64,000 nt of DNA from NCBI GenBank assembly GCA_963725865.1, contig CAVSAC010000012.1, positions 608,001 to 672,000 on the forward strand. The letters are read 5' to 3'. This document shows, piece after piece, positions 45,048-54,448 of the stretch (position 1 is the stretch's first letter; the number at the start of each line of letters is the position of its first letter). The notes under the pieces were generated by a model. That model saw only the letters and a program-made list of their open reading frames with translations. It was not told where the DNA came from and searched no databases. The translations under genes were made by a program, and so were the position numbers. Source of the DNA: Candidatus Eiseniibacteriota bacterium (lineage in GTDB: Bacteria > Eisenbacteria > RBG-16-71-46).

Positions 45048-45515
45048 ATGAACCGAGCGGCGGAGACGAGCACGGACCGAGCGGAGCTCCTGAAGATGTG
45101 GGACGAGTCGTGGGACGGTGGCATCTGGTTCGGGCCGTGGTCCCTGGCCTTGGCGGGGCTCACGCCGACACAGGCGGCGTGGCAGCCGCAGCCCGGCAAG
45201 CACGCGATCTGGCAGATCGTCGCGCACGTGGTCTTCTGGCGCGAGGCCACGTTCGCGCTGCTGGCGGGCCGGCCCGCGCCAGGCGCGGACGAGGTCGCAC
45301 GCCTCAACTTCCCGGCGCCAGCGGCGGTCACCGAGGAGGCGTGGCGAGCGGTGCGCGCGCGGCTCGAGGATTCGCAGCGACGGATGCGCGAGGCGATCGC
45401 CGATCCCGCGCAGCCGCTCGAGCGGCCGCGCTACCACCTGGTGCACGACGCCAATCACCTCGGGCAGATCCTCTACCTGCGCAGCCTGCTCGACCTGACG
45501 CCGATCGAAGGCTGA
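45048..45515 (+). CDS. DinB family protein
   Basis: HAIWQIVAH, HDANHLGQI; divergent from AraC gene. Confidence 0.88.
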   Translation: MNRAAETSTDRAELLKMWDESWDGGIWFGPWSLALAGLTPTQAAWQPQPGKHAIWQIVAHVVFWREATFALLAGRPAPGADEVARLNFPAPAAVTEEAWRAVRARLEDSQRRMREAIADPAQPLERPRYHLVHDANHLGQILYLRSLLDLTPIEG

Positions 45516-45604
45516 CGCCCCGTGCGGTGTGCGGCGGGGGCGCGCGTTCGCGTCCCCGCCGCGAACCTCGACAATCCGCGCGAGCGTGGCCTATGGTGCG
45601 CCGC

Positions 45605-46189
45605 ATGCACAAGGGACGGCTCGAGGCGTTCAGCGACGGCGTGCTCGCGATCATCATCACGATCATGGTGCTCGAGCTCCGCGTGCCGCACGGCGCGGAC
45701 CTGGCGGCGCTCGGCGCGCTGGCGCCCAAGCTGCTCGCCTACCTGCTGAGCTTCGTGTTCGTCGCGATCTACTGGAACAACCACCACCACATGTTCCAGG
45801 CCGCTCAGCACGTCAGCGGCGGCGTGATGTGGGCCAACCTGCACCTGCTGTTCTGGCTCTCGCTGACCCCGTGGGTCACCGCCTGGCTGGGGGAGCATCC
45901 ACTCGCCGCGTGGCCGGTCGCGATCTACGGCGTGCTGCTGCTGCTCGATGGGGTCGCGTACTACATCCTCGCGCGCACCCTGCTGGCCCGGCACGGTCCC
46001 GAGTCGGCCTTCGCGCGGGCGCTCGGGCGCGATTTCAAGGGCACGATCTCGATCGTGATCTACGCCGTCGCCATCGGGCTCGCGTTCGTCACCCCGCCGG
46101 CCGCGTGCGCGCTCTACGTCGCGGTCGCGATCATGTGGCTGGTGCCCGACCGCCGCTTCGAGCGCGCCTTCCAGCACGGCCAGGGCTAG
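45605..46189 (+). CDS. TMEM175 family potassium channel
   Basis: RLEAFSDGVLAIIITIMVLE, YWNNHHH, PDRR. Confidence 0.95.
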   Translation: MHKGRLEAFSDGVLAIIITIMVLELRVPHGADLAALGALAPKLLAYLLSFVFVAIYWNNHHHMFQAAQHVSGGVMWANLHLLFWLSLTPWVTAWLGEHPLAAWPVAIYGVLLLLDGVAYYILARTLLARHGPESAFARALGRDFKGTISIVIYAVAIGLAFVTPPAACALYVAVAIMWLVPDRRFERAFQHGQG

Positions 46190-46221
46190 ACGCGCGCGGG
46201 CAGGGTCCGGCGCGGCGGACG

Positions 46222-46259
46222 CACACGGCCGTCGCGAATCCCGATTCGCAGGCCGTGTG
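46222..46259 (+). terminator. Hairpin after TMEM175 gene
   Basis: CACACGGCC/GGCCGTGTG enclosing GCGAAT/ATTCGC, followed by ATTT. Confidence 0.5.
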
Positions 46260-46356
46260 ATTTCCGCGCTCGACTCCGGTCTCAGAGCATGTCGCCCGCG
46301 CCCTGACGTCCGCGCGGCCCCTCCACGGAGTGTGTCCCGAACCCGGAGCCGGTCCC

Positions 46357-47994
46357 ATGAACCGCCTGTCCTGCCTCCTCGCGGTGGTCGTCGCGCTCGC
46401 GGCCAACGGCGCGAGCGCCGCCCCCGCCGACCTCGACCCCAGCTTCGGATCGAGCGGGATCGTCCTGACCGACGTCGCCGCCGGCTTCGACAATGCCCGC
46501 GACGCGCTGCTGCTGCCGGGCGGGCGGATTCTGGTGTGCGGGAACGCGTCGTCAGGGTCGACCGCCTCGTTCCTGCTGGTGCGCTATGGGTCGGACGGCG
46601 TGGTCGACGCGACCTTCGGCCCCAACGGCAACGGCCGGGTGACGACGGTGATCCCCTCGGCGACCTCGTGCGAGGCCACCAGTCTCGCGCTGCAGAACGA
46701 CGGCCACATCCTGGTGGCCGGGCACGTGACGATCTCGGGCAGCCGCTACTCGGCGCTCGCGCGCTACGACTCGACCGGCGCGCTCGACACCGCGTGGGGC
46801 GCGCTCGGGCGGGTGACGCAACTGATCGGAGCCCAGGGCGACGTGTGGGACGTGCTGGTGCAGCCCGACGACAAGATCGTGCTCGCCGGCGCGTTCCGGA
46901 TCAGCGGCTCCATCACGTACATGGGGCTGCGGCGCTACCTGCCCGATGGCACGCCCGACGCCACATTCGGGGCCGGCGGGACGGTCACCCGCGGGCCCGG
47001 GGTCGACAATCGCTGCTATGCGATCGCGCTGGCCGACAGCGGCAAGCTGATGGCGGTCGGCACCACGCAGCTCAGCGCGGGGGCCGACCAGTTCCTCACG
47101 TTCCGCTTCAACGCCAACGGCACGCCCGACTCCTCGTTCGCCACGTTCGGGCGCGCGATCACGTCGCTGTCGGTACTGCGCCACTTCGCGACCGACGTCG
47201 AGGTGCTGCCCGACCGGCGCATCCTGGTGGGTGGCTACGTCGGGGCGGCCAGCGACCTGACGCACGACTACGCGGTCGCGCGCTTCCGGCCCAACGGCAC
47301 GCTTGACCCGCTGTTCGGCAGCGGCGGGATCTCGATCACGCCGAACGTCGGTCTCACGACCGGCTTCTCGTTCCTCGAGGACCTGCTCGTGCTCCCGGAC
47401 GGCAAGCTGCTGCTGGCCGGGCAGGCCACCAACCTCGGCTCGTCGGACGACTTCGCGATGGTCCGCATGGACAGCAGCGGCACCGTCGACCCCGCGTTCG
47501 GCACCAACGGCATGGCGTTCACCGACGTCTCGGGCGGCGGCCGCGACACGCCCTACCGCGCGCTGCTGCAGCCCGACGGCCGCATCGTGCTGGCGGGCGG
47601 CGCCGGCACCAGCCTGTTCCCCGGCGGCTCGCAGGTCGCGCTCACGCGCTACCTCGGCGATGCGCCGACCGCCGGCGTCGGCCGGCCGCCGCTCGCGGCT
47701 GGAACGCTCGCGCTCGCGCTGGCGGGGCCGAACCCGTTCCGCGCGGGCACGGCACTCGTCTACAGCCTGCCTCGCGCGAGCGCGGTCGCGCTGCGCGTCT
47801 TCGACGTCGAGGGCCGCGCGGTCGCCACGCTCGTGCTCGGCGATCAGCCGGCGGGCGAGCACCACGTCGCCTGGGACGGCTCCGTCGCGGGCGGCGCGAG
47901 TGCCCCCGCCGGGCTCTACTTCGCGCGGCTCGAGGCGCGCGCCGCGGGCGAGGCGATGCGTGGCGCGACGCGCCGACTGGTGCGCGTGCTGTAG
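46357..47994 (+). CDS. Secreted delta-60 repeat beta-propeller protein with C-terminal FlgD-Ig-like domain
   Basis: Signal peptide; repeats of QPDG.I..AG...RY...G..D.TFG; tail PNPF...VFDVEGR.V..L...WDG...GLYF.RL. Confidence 0.9.
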   Translation: MNRLSCLLAVVVALAANGASAAPADLDPSFGSSGIVLTDVAAGFDNARDALLLPGGRILVCGNASSGSTASFLLVRYGSDGVVDATFGPNGNGRVTTVIPSATSCEATSLALQNDGHILVAGHVTISGSRYSALARYDSTGALDTAWGALGRVTQLIGAQGDVWDVLVQPDDKIVLAGAFRISGSITYMGLRRYLPDGTPDATFGAGGTVTRGPGVDNRCYAIALADSGKLMAVGTTQLSAGADQFLTFRFNANGTPDSSFATFGRAITSLSVLRHFATDVEVLPDRRILVGGYVGAASDLTHDYAVARFRPNGTLDPLFGSGGISITPNVGLTTGFSFLEDLLVLPDGKLLLAGQATNLGSSDDFAMVRMDSSGTVDPAFGTNGMAFTDVSGGGRDTPYRALLQPDGRIVLAGGAGTSLFPGGSQVALTRYLGDAPTAGVGRPPLAAGTLALALAGPNPFRAGTALVYSLPRASAVALRVFDVEGRAVATLVLGDQPAGEHHVAWDGSVAGGASAPAGLYFARLEARAAGEAMRGATRRLVRVL

Positions 47995-48098
47995 CGCTGC
48001 CGCCGTCACGGTTCGAATCGCGATGCCCGCCGAAATCCTCTGGGCCTCGTTCGAATCGACGCGCGCGAACGCGGACCCCCGCTCCCGAAGCGGGACGA

Positions 48099-48127
48099 TG
48101 GACGCGAGCGCCCCGGCGGCCTAGGCT
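48099..48127 (+). promoter_or_regulatory. Sigma70-type promoter of orphan gene
   Basis: TGGACG-17 bp-TAGGCT. Confidence 0.45.
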
Positions 48128-48181
48128 GCCGGGGCGTCCACATGGACCGGGAAGTCGCGTCCGAAGAGAGGGAGCGCGCCC

Positions 48182-49348
48182 ATGAGGGATCGAACGGCGC
48201 GGATGCTCGGGAAACTATGTCCGTCCTGCGCCGCATTGGCGGTGGGCGTCCTCATCGCGTGGGTGCCGATCGCGGTCGCCCGCACGGAGCCCCCGCCCGA
48301 TTCGGAAGCACCATGGGAGTCGGGCCTGCTCGGCGACCTGAGGCGTGCGGATGCCGTCGTCGGCGTGCGCATGCTGTCGCAGCGAACGGATTCGAGCGCG
48401 CAGACCCGAGAGCATTCCGAGGGCGAGGAAGTGACGGTCGCCCGGGTCGAGATTCGCGAGGTGTTCAAGGGCCGGGGGATCGCGGCCGGCGAGCGTCTGA
48501 CGGTGCGCACGAGCCCCGATGGCCTGCACTGCCGGACGGCGCGGTTTCAGGAGTATGGGTGGGATGGGTACGGATTGGAGTGGCTGCCCGAGGACGGCGA
48601 GGATGTGGTGCTCGTCCTGCGGACGGTTCGCGAGGGGACGGAGGTGTTCCGAGCGTTCAGTGGCACACCGTCCACGACGCGTGCCTGGTGCGCGGCGGCT
48701 GCGAAGAGCCCGTCAGAAGCAGCGCTCCGACTGACCGAGATCCTGTGTCGGGAGTCGACCGTTCGAGGAGCATCGGCACCGAGCTCCTGGTACGTGGCGG
48801 CATGGGATGAATGGTATCGATTCGCGCCGTGGCTGGATCGCAGCGGGCCGGCCTATCGCGAGATCATCGACCGATTCGAAGCCACTGCGATCAACAGGGC
48901 TCGGGGAGAATCCTGGTCGGCACTCGGTTGGCTCGCGCAAGAGCTTCGCGAACCGGCCCGCCGTCGGCTGGTCGGCGAGCTGGTCGCGCGCTGTGACTCG
49001 GCGAACGCGCGCCTCGAGCGCCACGCACATGAGATCCGGGCGGACTCGATACGCTACGCCGAGGCGCTCGCCCGGGCGACGCCCGCGGAACGCAAACGGA
49101 TGGAGGCGGCGATGCGGATGCTCGACCCGCCGGTGAATGATCCGCTCGCGCCCGAGGTCCGGCTCGCGTGGATCGCCCCCAACATCATGGAAGCGTGCTT
49201 GGACTCCGCCGCCGCGCGGCGCCGCGTGCGGGCGGGACGCCCCCTGAGCGAGGAGGAACGGGCCACGATCCTCGCGCGTGCCCGCGAGTGGTCGCGCCCC
49301 GGCGGTTCGGATCGCGAGCGATCCCCAGCGTCAGCGCGCCGGCGCTGA
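48182..49348 (+). CDS. Hypothetical exported protein
   Basis: SD GGGAG; hydrophobic N-terminal segment; visibly more A/T-ending codons than neighbours. Confidence 0.65.
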   Translation: MRDRTARMLGKLCPSCAALAVGVLIAWVPIAVARTEPPPDSEAPWESGLLGDLRRADAVVGVRMLSQRTDSSAQTREHSEGEEVTVARVEIREVFKGRGIAAGERLTVRTSPDGLHCRTARFQEYGWDGYGLEWLPEDGEDVVLVLRTVREGTEVFRAFSGTPSTTRAWCAAAAKSPSEAALRLTEILCRESTVRGASAPSSWYVAAWDEWYRFAPWLDRSGPAYREIIDRFEATAINRARGESWSALGWLAQELREPARRRLVGELVARCDSANARLERHAHEIRADSIRYAEALARATPAERKRMEAAMRMLDPPVNDPLAPEVRLAWIAPNIMEACLDSAAARRRVRAGRPLSEEERATILARAREWSRPGGSDRERSPASARRR

Positions 49349-49540
49349 CACTCGGGGTTGCTGAAGCGTCGGGGTGCTCGCCCGCTGGTGCCGGGTGGTC
49401 CCGCGCTGGTGCGAAACAGCGGGACCACGCCGCTCCGGGCAGCATGCGCGGATGCTAGCCTGCGCGCGGTCGCGCCCCGGGCGCGCCGAAAACCCATGCG
49501 CACCCGCCGCCGCCGAGTGGCGCTCCCCCGAGGAGGCCTC

Positions 49541-52500
49541 ATGATCCGCCCCGATTCGCGCCGCGCGCTGGCACTCGTCGCGCTGCTGGTCGCGACGCTC
49601 GCATCCGCGGGCGCCGCACACGCCGCCGAGCGCGCGCTGTGGCTGCGCCAGCCGTCGATCTCGCCCGACGGCGCGGCCATCGTGTTCTCGTACCGCGGCA
49701 ACCTGTGGAAGGTGCCGGCCGCGGGCGGGCTCGCGACGCCGATGACGGTGGGGAAGTCCTACAACACGACCCCGGTGTGGTCGCCCGACGGCACGCGCAT
49801 CGCGTTCGCGTCCGACCGCAACGGGAACTTCGACGTGTACGTGATGCCCGCCGAGGGCGGTGAGGCCACGCGCCTCACGTTCCACTCGGCCGACGAGGTA
49901 CCGACCTCGTTCACCCCCGACGGCAAGGCGGTGCTCGTCAGCGCCGCCATCCTCGACGCGCCGTCCAACGCGCAGTTCCCGCACTCGGTGAAGCCCGAGC
50001 TCTATAGCGTCGGCCTCGACGCCTCGCAGCCGGTGCAGGTGCTCACCACGCCGGCGCTCTACGCGGTGTACGACCGCGCCGGCAAGCGCCTCGCGTACTC
50101 CGATCAGCGCGGGTTCGAGATGGAATGGCGCAAGCACGACACCTCGTCGTTCGCACGCGACGTGTGGCTCTTCGACGTGGCGAGCGGCCGTCACACCCGA
50201 CTCACCGGGTTCGGCGTCGACGACCGGCAGCCGGTGTGGGCGCCCGACCAGCGTTCGCTCTACTACCTTTCGGAGCGCAGCGGCACGTTCAACGTGTGGC
50301 TGCTGAACACCGCCGAGCCCGCCCACCCGGTGCAGATCACCACGCACGCGCGCTCGCCGGTGCGCTTCCTCTCGGTATCGGCGAAGGGCGACCTGTGCTA
50401 CGCGTACGATGGCGAGCTGTGGGTGCGCGCCGCGGGCGAGCGCGAGAGTCGGAAGCTCGACGTCACCGTGGCGACCGATCGCCGCGACCGCACGGTCGAG
50501 CCCGTCGACGTGACCACGCAGGCGACCGAGATCGCGCTCTCGCCGAGCGGCGACGAGATCGCGTTCGTGGCGCGCGGGGAGGTGTTCGTCGCCAGCACCG
50601 AGCACGGCACCACGCGCCGCATCACGGACACGCCGGAGCAGGAGCGATCGGTGGCGTTCTCGCCCGACGGCCGCGCGCTGCTCTACGCCGCCGAGCGCGA
50701 CGGGCACTGGAAGCTCTACCGTACCGACCTGCGCGATCCGGACGAGCCAGCGTTCTTCAACGCCACCGCGCTCCGCGAGACGCTGGTGCTGGCGACCGAT
50801 GGCGAGGTCTTCCAGCCCCAGTACTCGCCCGACGGCCACGAGATCGCCTACCTGCGCGACCGCACCACGATCGAGGTGCTCGACCTGCGCACGGGCAAGC
50901 GCCACGAGGTGCTGGCGGGCAACCTCAACTACTCGTACTCCGATGGCGACGAGTGGTTCCGCTGGTCGCCGGACGGCCGCTGGCTGGCGGTGACGTTCCT
51001 GAGCCACGGCCGCTGGTCGAACGAGGTCGGGCTGGTGCCGGCCGCCGGCGGCGCTCCGCCGGTGAACCTGACGCACAGCGGCTACGAGGACGAGTCGCCG
51101 GTGTGGGCGCGCAAGGGTGAGGTGCTGATCTGGCGTACCGACAAGCTCGGGCTGCGCGCTCAGGGGGGCGGCGGCCGCGAGCAGGATGTGTACGCCGCGT
51201 TCCTGACCACCCGGGCATACGACCGCTTCCGCCTCGACGAGGCCGCGTACGATCAGCTGACGGAGCGTGAGAAGGACAAGGACAAGGACAAGGGTGCCCG
51301 CGATGGAGCGGGCAAGGGCGGCGCGGGCAAGCCGGGTGACAAGCCGTCGGATGCTCCGAAGCCGAAGCTCGCCGATCCGGTCGCGATCGAGTTCGACGGG
51401 CTCGACGACCGCATCGTGCGCCTGTCGCTCAACTCGGCCGACCTCGCGGGCGCGGCGCTCACGCCCGACGGCGAGACGCTCGTCTACCTCGCGCGTTTCG
51501 AGAAGGGCTACGACCTGTGGAAGTACGTGCCGCGCTCGAAGGAGGTCAAGCTGGTGGCGAAGCTGGGCGCCAACGAGGCGTCCTTCGAGCTGGACGCCGA
51601 CGGCAAGAAGGCGTTCGTGCTGGCCGACGGCAGGCTCTCGAAGGTCGAGCTCGAGTCGGGCAAGAGCACGCCGATCGGGGCGAGCGCCCGCATGGACCTG
51701 CGCGCCGCCGACGAGCGCGCGTACCTGTTCGACCACATCTGGCGCCAGACGTTCGAGAAGTTCCACGACGTGAAGATGCACGGCGTCGATTGGCCCGCGG
51801 TGCGGGCCGAGTACGCGCGCTTCCTGCCCGCCATCGACAACTCGCGCGACTTCGCCGAGCTGATCTCCGAGATGCAGGGCGAGCTGAACTCCTCGCATAG
51901 CGGCGGACGCTACCGCCCGACGCGCACCGACGGCGACGAGACCGCGGCGCTCGGCATCTTCCCCGATCCGCGGCACACCGGCGACGGAATCGCCATCGCC
52001 GAAGTGCTCGAGGGCGGTCCGCTGCAGAAGGCGGGCACGAAGGTGAAGGCCGGCACGATCATCGAGTCGATCGACGGCCAGCGCATCGCCGCCGGAGCCG
52101 AGTGGTACCACCTGCTCAACCGCAAGGCCGACGTGCCGGTGCGGCTCGCGCTCTCCGACGGTCGCGGCGGGCGCTGGGAAGAGACGGTCAAGCCGATCGC
52201 GTGGAGCGCGCAGCAGCGCCTGCTCTACCTGCGCTGGCTCAAGAATCGCCGCGAGCTGGTGGACCGCCTGTCGGGCGGCCGCATCGGCTACGCGCACATC
52301 CGCGGTATGAACGACGGCGCGTATCGCGAGATGTACGAGGAGGTGTTCGGGCGCTCGGTCGACAAGGAGGCCATTGTGCTCGACACCCGCTTCAACGGCG
52401 GCGGCAACCTGGTCGAGGCGCTCACCGTGCTGCTGGGCGGCCGGCAGTATGCCCGCCAGATCCCACGCGGCCAGCCGGTGGGAGCCGAGCCCTCGAACCG

Positions 52501-52837
52501 CTGGACCAAGCCGTCGATCGTGGTGATGAGCGAGGGCAACTACTCCGACGCGCACTGCTTCCCGATGGCCTACACCCAGCTCGGCCTCGGCGAGACCGTC
52601 GGCATGCAGGTGCCCGGCACCTGCACGTCGGTGTGGTGGGAGCGCCTGCAGGACCGCGACCTGGTGTTCGGCATCCCCGAGGTCACGATGCTCGACACGC
52701 AGGGTGACGTGATGGAGAACAAGCACCTCGATCCGACGTACGAGGTCGAGCCGGACCCCGCGCTGCTCGCGCAGGGCCGCGACCAGCAGCTCGAGAAGGC
52801 GGTCGAGGTGATGCTGTCGAAGCTGCCGGCGAAGTAG
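49541..52837 (+). CDS. Tricorn-like S41 protease
   Basis: SD AGGAGG; signal peptide; PD40 repeats (SPDG); GELNSSH; PDZ; DTRFNGGG; YSDA; DQQLEKAV. Confidence 0.95.
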   Translation: MIRPDSRRALALVALLVATLASAGAAHAAERALWLRQPSISPDGAAIVFSYRGNLWKVPAAGGLATPMTVGKSYNTTPVWSPDGTRIAFASDRNGNFDVYVMPAEGGEATRLTFHSADEVPTSFTPDGKAVLVSAAILDAPSNAQFPHSVKPELYSVGLDASQPVQVLTTPALYAVYDRAGKRLAYSDQRGFEMEWRKHDTSSFARDVWLFDVASGRHTRLTGFGVDDRQPVWAPDQRSLYYLSERSGTFNVWLLNTAEPAHPVQITTHARSPVRFLSVSAKGDLCYAYDGELWVRAAGERESRKLDVTVATDRRDRTVEPVDVTTQATEIALSPSGDEIAFVARGEVFVASTEHGTTRRITDTPEQERSVAFSPDGRALLYAAERDGHWKLYRTDLRDPDEPAFFNATALRETLVLATDGEVFQPQYSPDGHEIAYLRDRTTIEVLDLRTGKRHEVLAGNLNYSYSDGDEWFRWSPDGRWLAVTFLSHGRWSNEVGLVPAAGGAPPVNLTHSGYEDESPVWARKGEVLIWRTDKLGLRAQGGGGREQDVYAAFLTTRAYDRFRLDEAAYDQLTEREKDKDKDKGARDGAGKGGAGKPGDKPSDAPKPKLADPVAIEFDGLDDRIVRLSLNSADLAGAALTPDGETLVYLARFEKGYDLWKYVPRSKEVKLVAKLGANEASFELDADGKKAFVLADGRLSKVELESGKSTPIGASARMDLRAADERAYLFDHIWRQTFEKFHDVKMHGVDWPAVRAEYARFLPAIDNSRDFAELISEMQGELNSSHSGGRYRPTRTDGDETAALGIFPDPRHTGDGIAIAEVLEGGPLQKAGTKVKAGTIIESIDGQRIAAGAEWYHLLNRKADVPVRLALSDGRGGRWEETVKPIAWSAQQRLLYLRWLKNRRELVDRLSGGRIGYAHIRGMNDGAYREMYEEVFGRSVDKEAIVLDTRFNGGGNLVEALTVLLGGRQYARQIPRGQPVGAEPSNRWTKPSIVVMSEGNYSDAHCFPMAYTQLGLGETVGMQVPGTCTSVWWERLQDRDLVFGIPEVTMLDTQGDVMENKHLDPTYEVEPDPALLAQGRDQQLEKAVEVMLSKLPAK

Positions 52838-52885
52838 CCACCGGCACGAACGCGACGCCGGCTCTCCCGGCGATGGGATCGCCCG

Positions 52886-54136
52886 CTAGTAGAGCAGCCG
52901 CGTGCGCAGCGTCCCGTCGATGGCGGCGAGCTCTTTCTGCAGCGTGCGCGTGTCGGCGCGCCCGGCCGGATCGACGTCGATGACCACGTAGCCGATCTGC
53001 GCGTCGGTCTGCAGGTACTGGGCGGCCACGTTCACCCTGCGGCGCGAGAACACCTCGTTCACCTGCGCCAGCATGCCGGGACGGTTGCGGTGGATGTGGA
53101 GCAGTCGGTGCTTGCCGGCGTGCTCCGGCAGCGCGACCTCGGGGAAGTTCACCGACGTCAGCGTGGAGCCGTTGTTGGAGTAGCGCAGCAGCTTCTCCGC
53201 AACCTCGAGGCCGATGTTCTCCTGCGCCTCGGCCGTGCTGCCCCCGACGTGAGGCGTGAGGATCGCGTTCTCGAACTCCCGCAGCGGCGACTCGAACGAC
53301 TCGGCGTTGGACTCGGGCTCGTGCGGGAACACGTCGATCGCCGCCCCCGCCAGGTGCCCCGACGACAGCGCCGCGGCGACCGCGTCGAGGTCCACGACGC
53401 TGCCGCGCGAGGCGTTGATCAGCGCGGCACCTGGCTTCATGCGCGCGAGCTGCTTCGCTGCGATCATGCGGCGGGTCTGGGGCGTCTCGGGCACGTGCAG
53501 CGTGACGACGTCGGCGCGCTCGAGCAGCGCCTCCAGCGAGCGCACCGAGGTGGCGTTGCCGAGCGCCAGCTGGGTGACGATGTCGTGGTAGAGGACCTGC
53601 ATGCCGAGCGACTCCGCGAGCAGCCCGACCTGGGTGCCGATGTGCCCGTAGCCCACGATGCCGAGCACCTTGCCGCGCGCCTCGCGGGCGCCGGCGGCGG
53701 ACTTGATCCAGTCCCCGCGGTGGGCGGCCGCGTTCTTGGCCGGGATGCCGCGCAGCAGGAACACCACCTCCGCCAGCACCAGCTCGGCGACGCTGCGGGT
53801 GTTCGAGAACGGCGCGTTGAACACCGGCACGCCGCGCATCCGCGCCGTGGCGAGGTCGACCTGGTTGGTCCCGATGCAGAAGCAGCCGATCGCCATCAGC
53901 TTGGGCGCCGCCTCGAGCGCGGCCGCGGTCACCTGCGTGCGCGAGCGGATGCCGAGGATGTGCACGCCGGCCAGCGCCGCCGCCAGCCGGTCCGCGGACA
54001 GCGACTTCTCGATCAGCGTGACGCGCGAGTAGCCGTCGCCCTCGAACAGCTCGACGGCACTGCGATGCACGCCCTCGAGGAGCAGGACCTGGATGCGATC
54101 CTTGCCGAGCGAGGTGCGCGGGCGGGGGGCAGTCAT
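52886..54136 (-). CDS. serA: D-3-phosphoglycerate dehydrogenase (E. coli type, ACT domain)
   Basis: GIRSRT, CFCIGTNQVDL, NAPFSNTRSVAE, GYGHIG, TPHVGGST, HRNRPG. Confidence 0.97.
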   Translation of the reverse strand: MTAPRPRTSLGKDRIQVLLLEGVHRSAVELFEGDGYSRVTLIEKSLSADRLAAALAGVHILGIRSRTQVTAAALEAAPKLMAIGCFCIGTNQVDLATARMRGVPVFNAPFSNTRSVAELVLAEVVFLLRGIPAKNAAAHRGDWIKSAAGAREARGKVLGIVGYGHIGTQVGLLAESLGMQVLYHDIVTQLALGNATSVRSLEALLERADVVTLHVPETPQTRRMIAAKQLARMKPGAALINASRGSVVDLDAVAAALSSGHLAGAAIDVFPHEPESNAESFESPLREFENAILTPHVGGSTAEAQENIGLEVAEKLLRYSNNGSTLTSVNFPEVALPEHAGKHRLLHIHRNRPGMLAQVNEVFSRRRVNVAAQYLQTDAQIGYVVIDVDPAGRADTRTLQKELAAIDGTLRTRLLY

Positions 54137-54220
54137 GCGGGCGACTATGCACGAGCGCGGGAGCGAGCGACAAGGCGGTGCCCCGGCACGGGAAGCGCAG
54201 CCCGCGAGCGCCTCCGAGCC

Positions 54221-54250
54221 TTGACCTGCGCCGGAGGTCGCCCGTAACGT
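54221..54250 (+). promoter_or_regulatory. Candidate sigma70-type promoter of cco operon
   Basis: TTGACC-18 bp-TAACGT. Confidence 0.45.
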
Positions 54251-54448
54251 AGCGGCCCGAACGGGCCCCCCAAGCCTGCACCCCCAACGAGCAAAGGAAT
54301 GCGCTCGATTCTCGTCGTGCCTGCGCCTCGCGTCCGCGTTCCGGCGGTTCGGAGCGCGCCCCCGCCCCAACGCGACACCTGATCCACTCGAGGGCCCGTG
54401 CCCGGCCCCTGCCGGGGCGCGGATGAAGGATTCCACCCAGGAGACGTG

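Noticed and set aside
48008..48060. GTTCGAATC resembling a tRNA T-loop or att site
   Set aside because: No T-stem pairing, no cloverleaf and no integrase
51268..51292. AAGGAC tandem repeat in the tricorn gene
   Set aside because: In-frame low-complexity KD linker, common in this family
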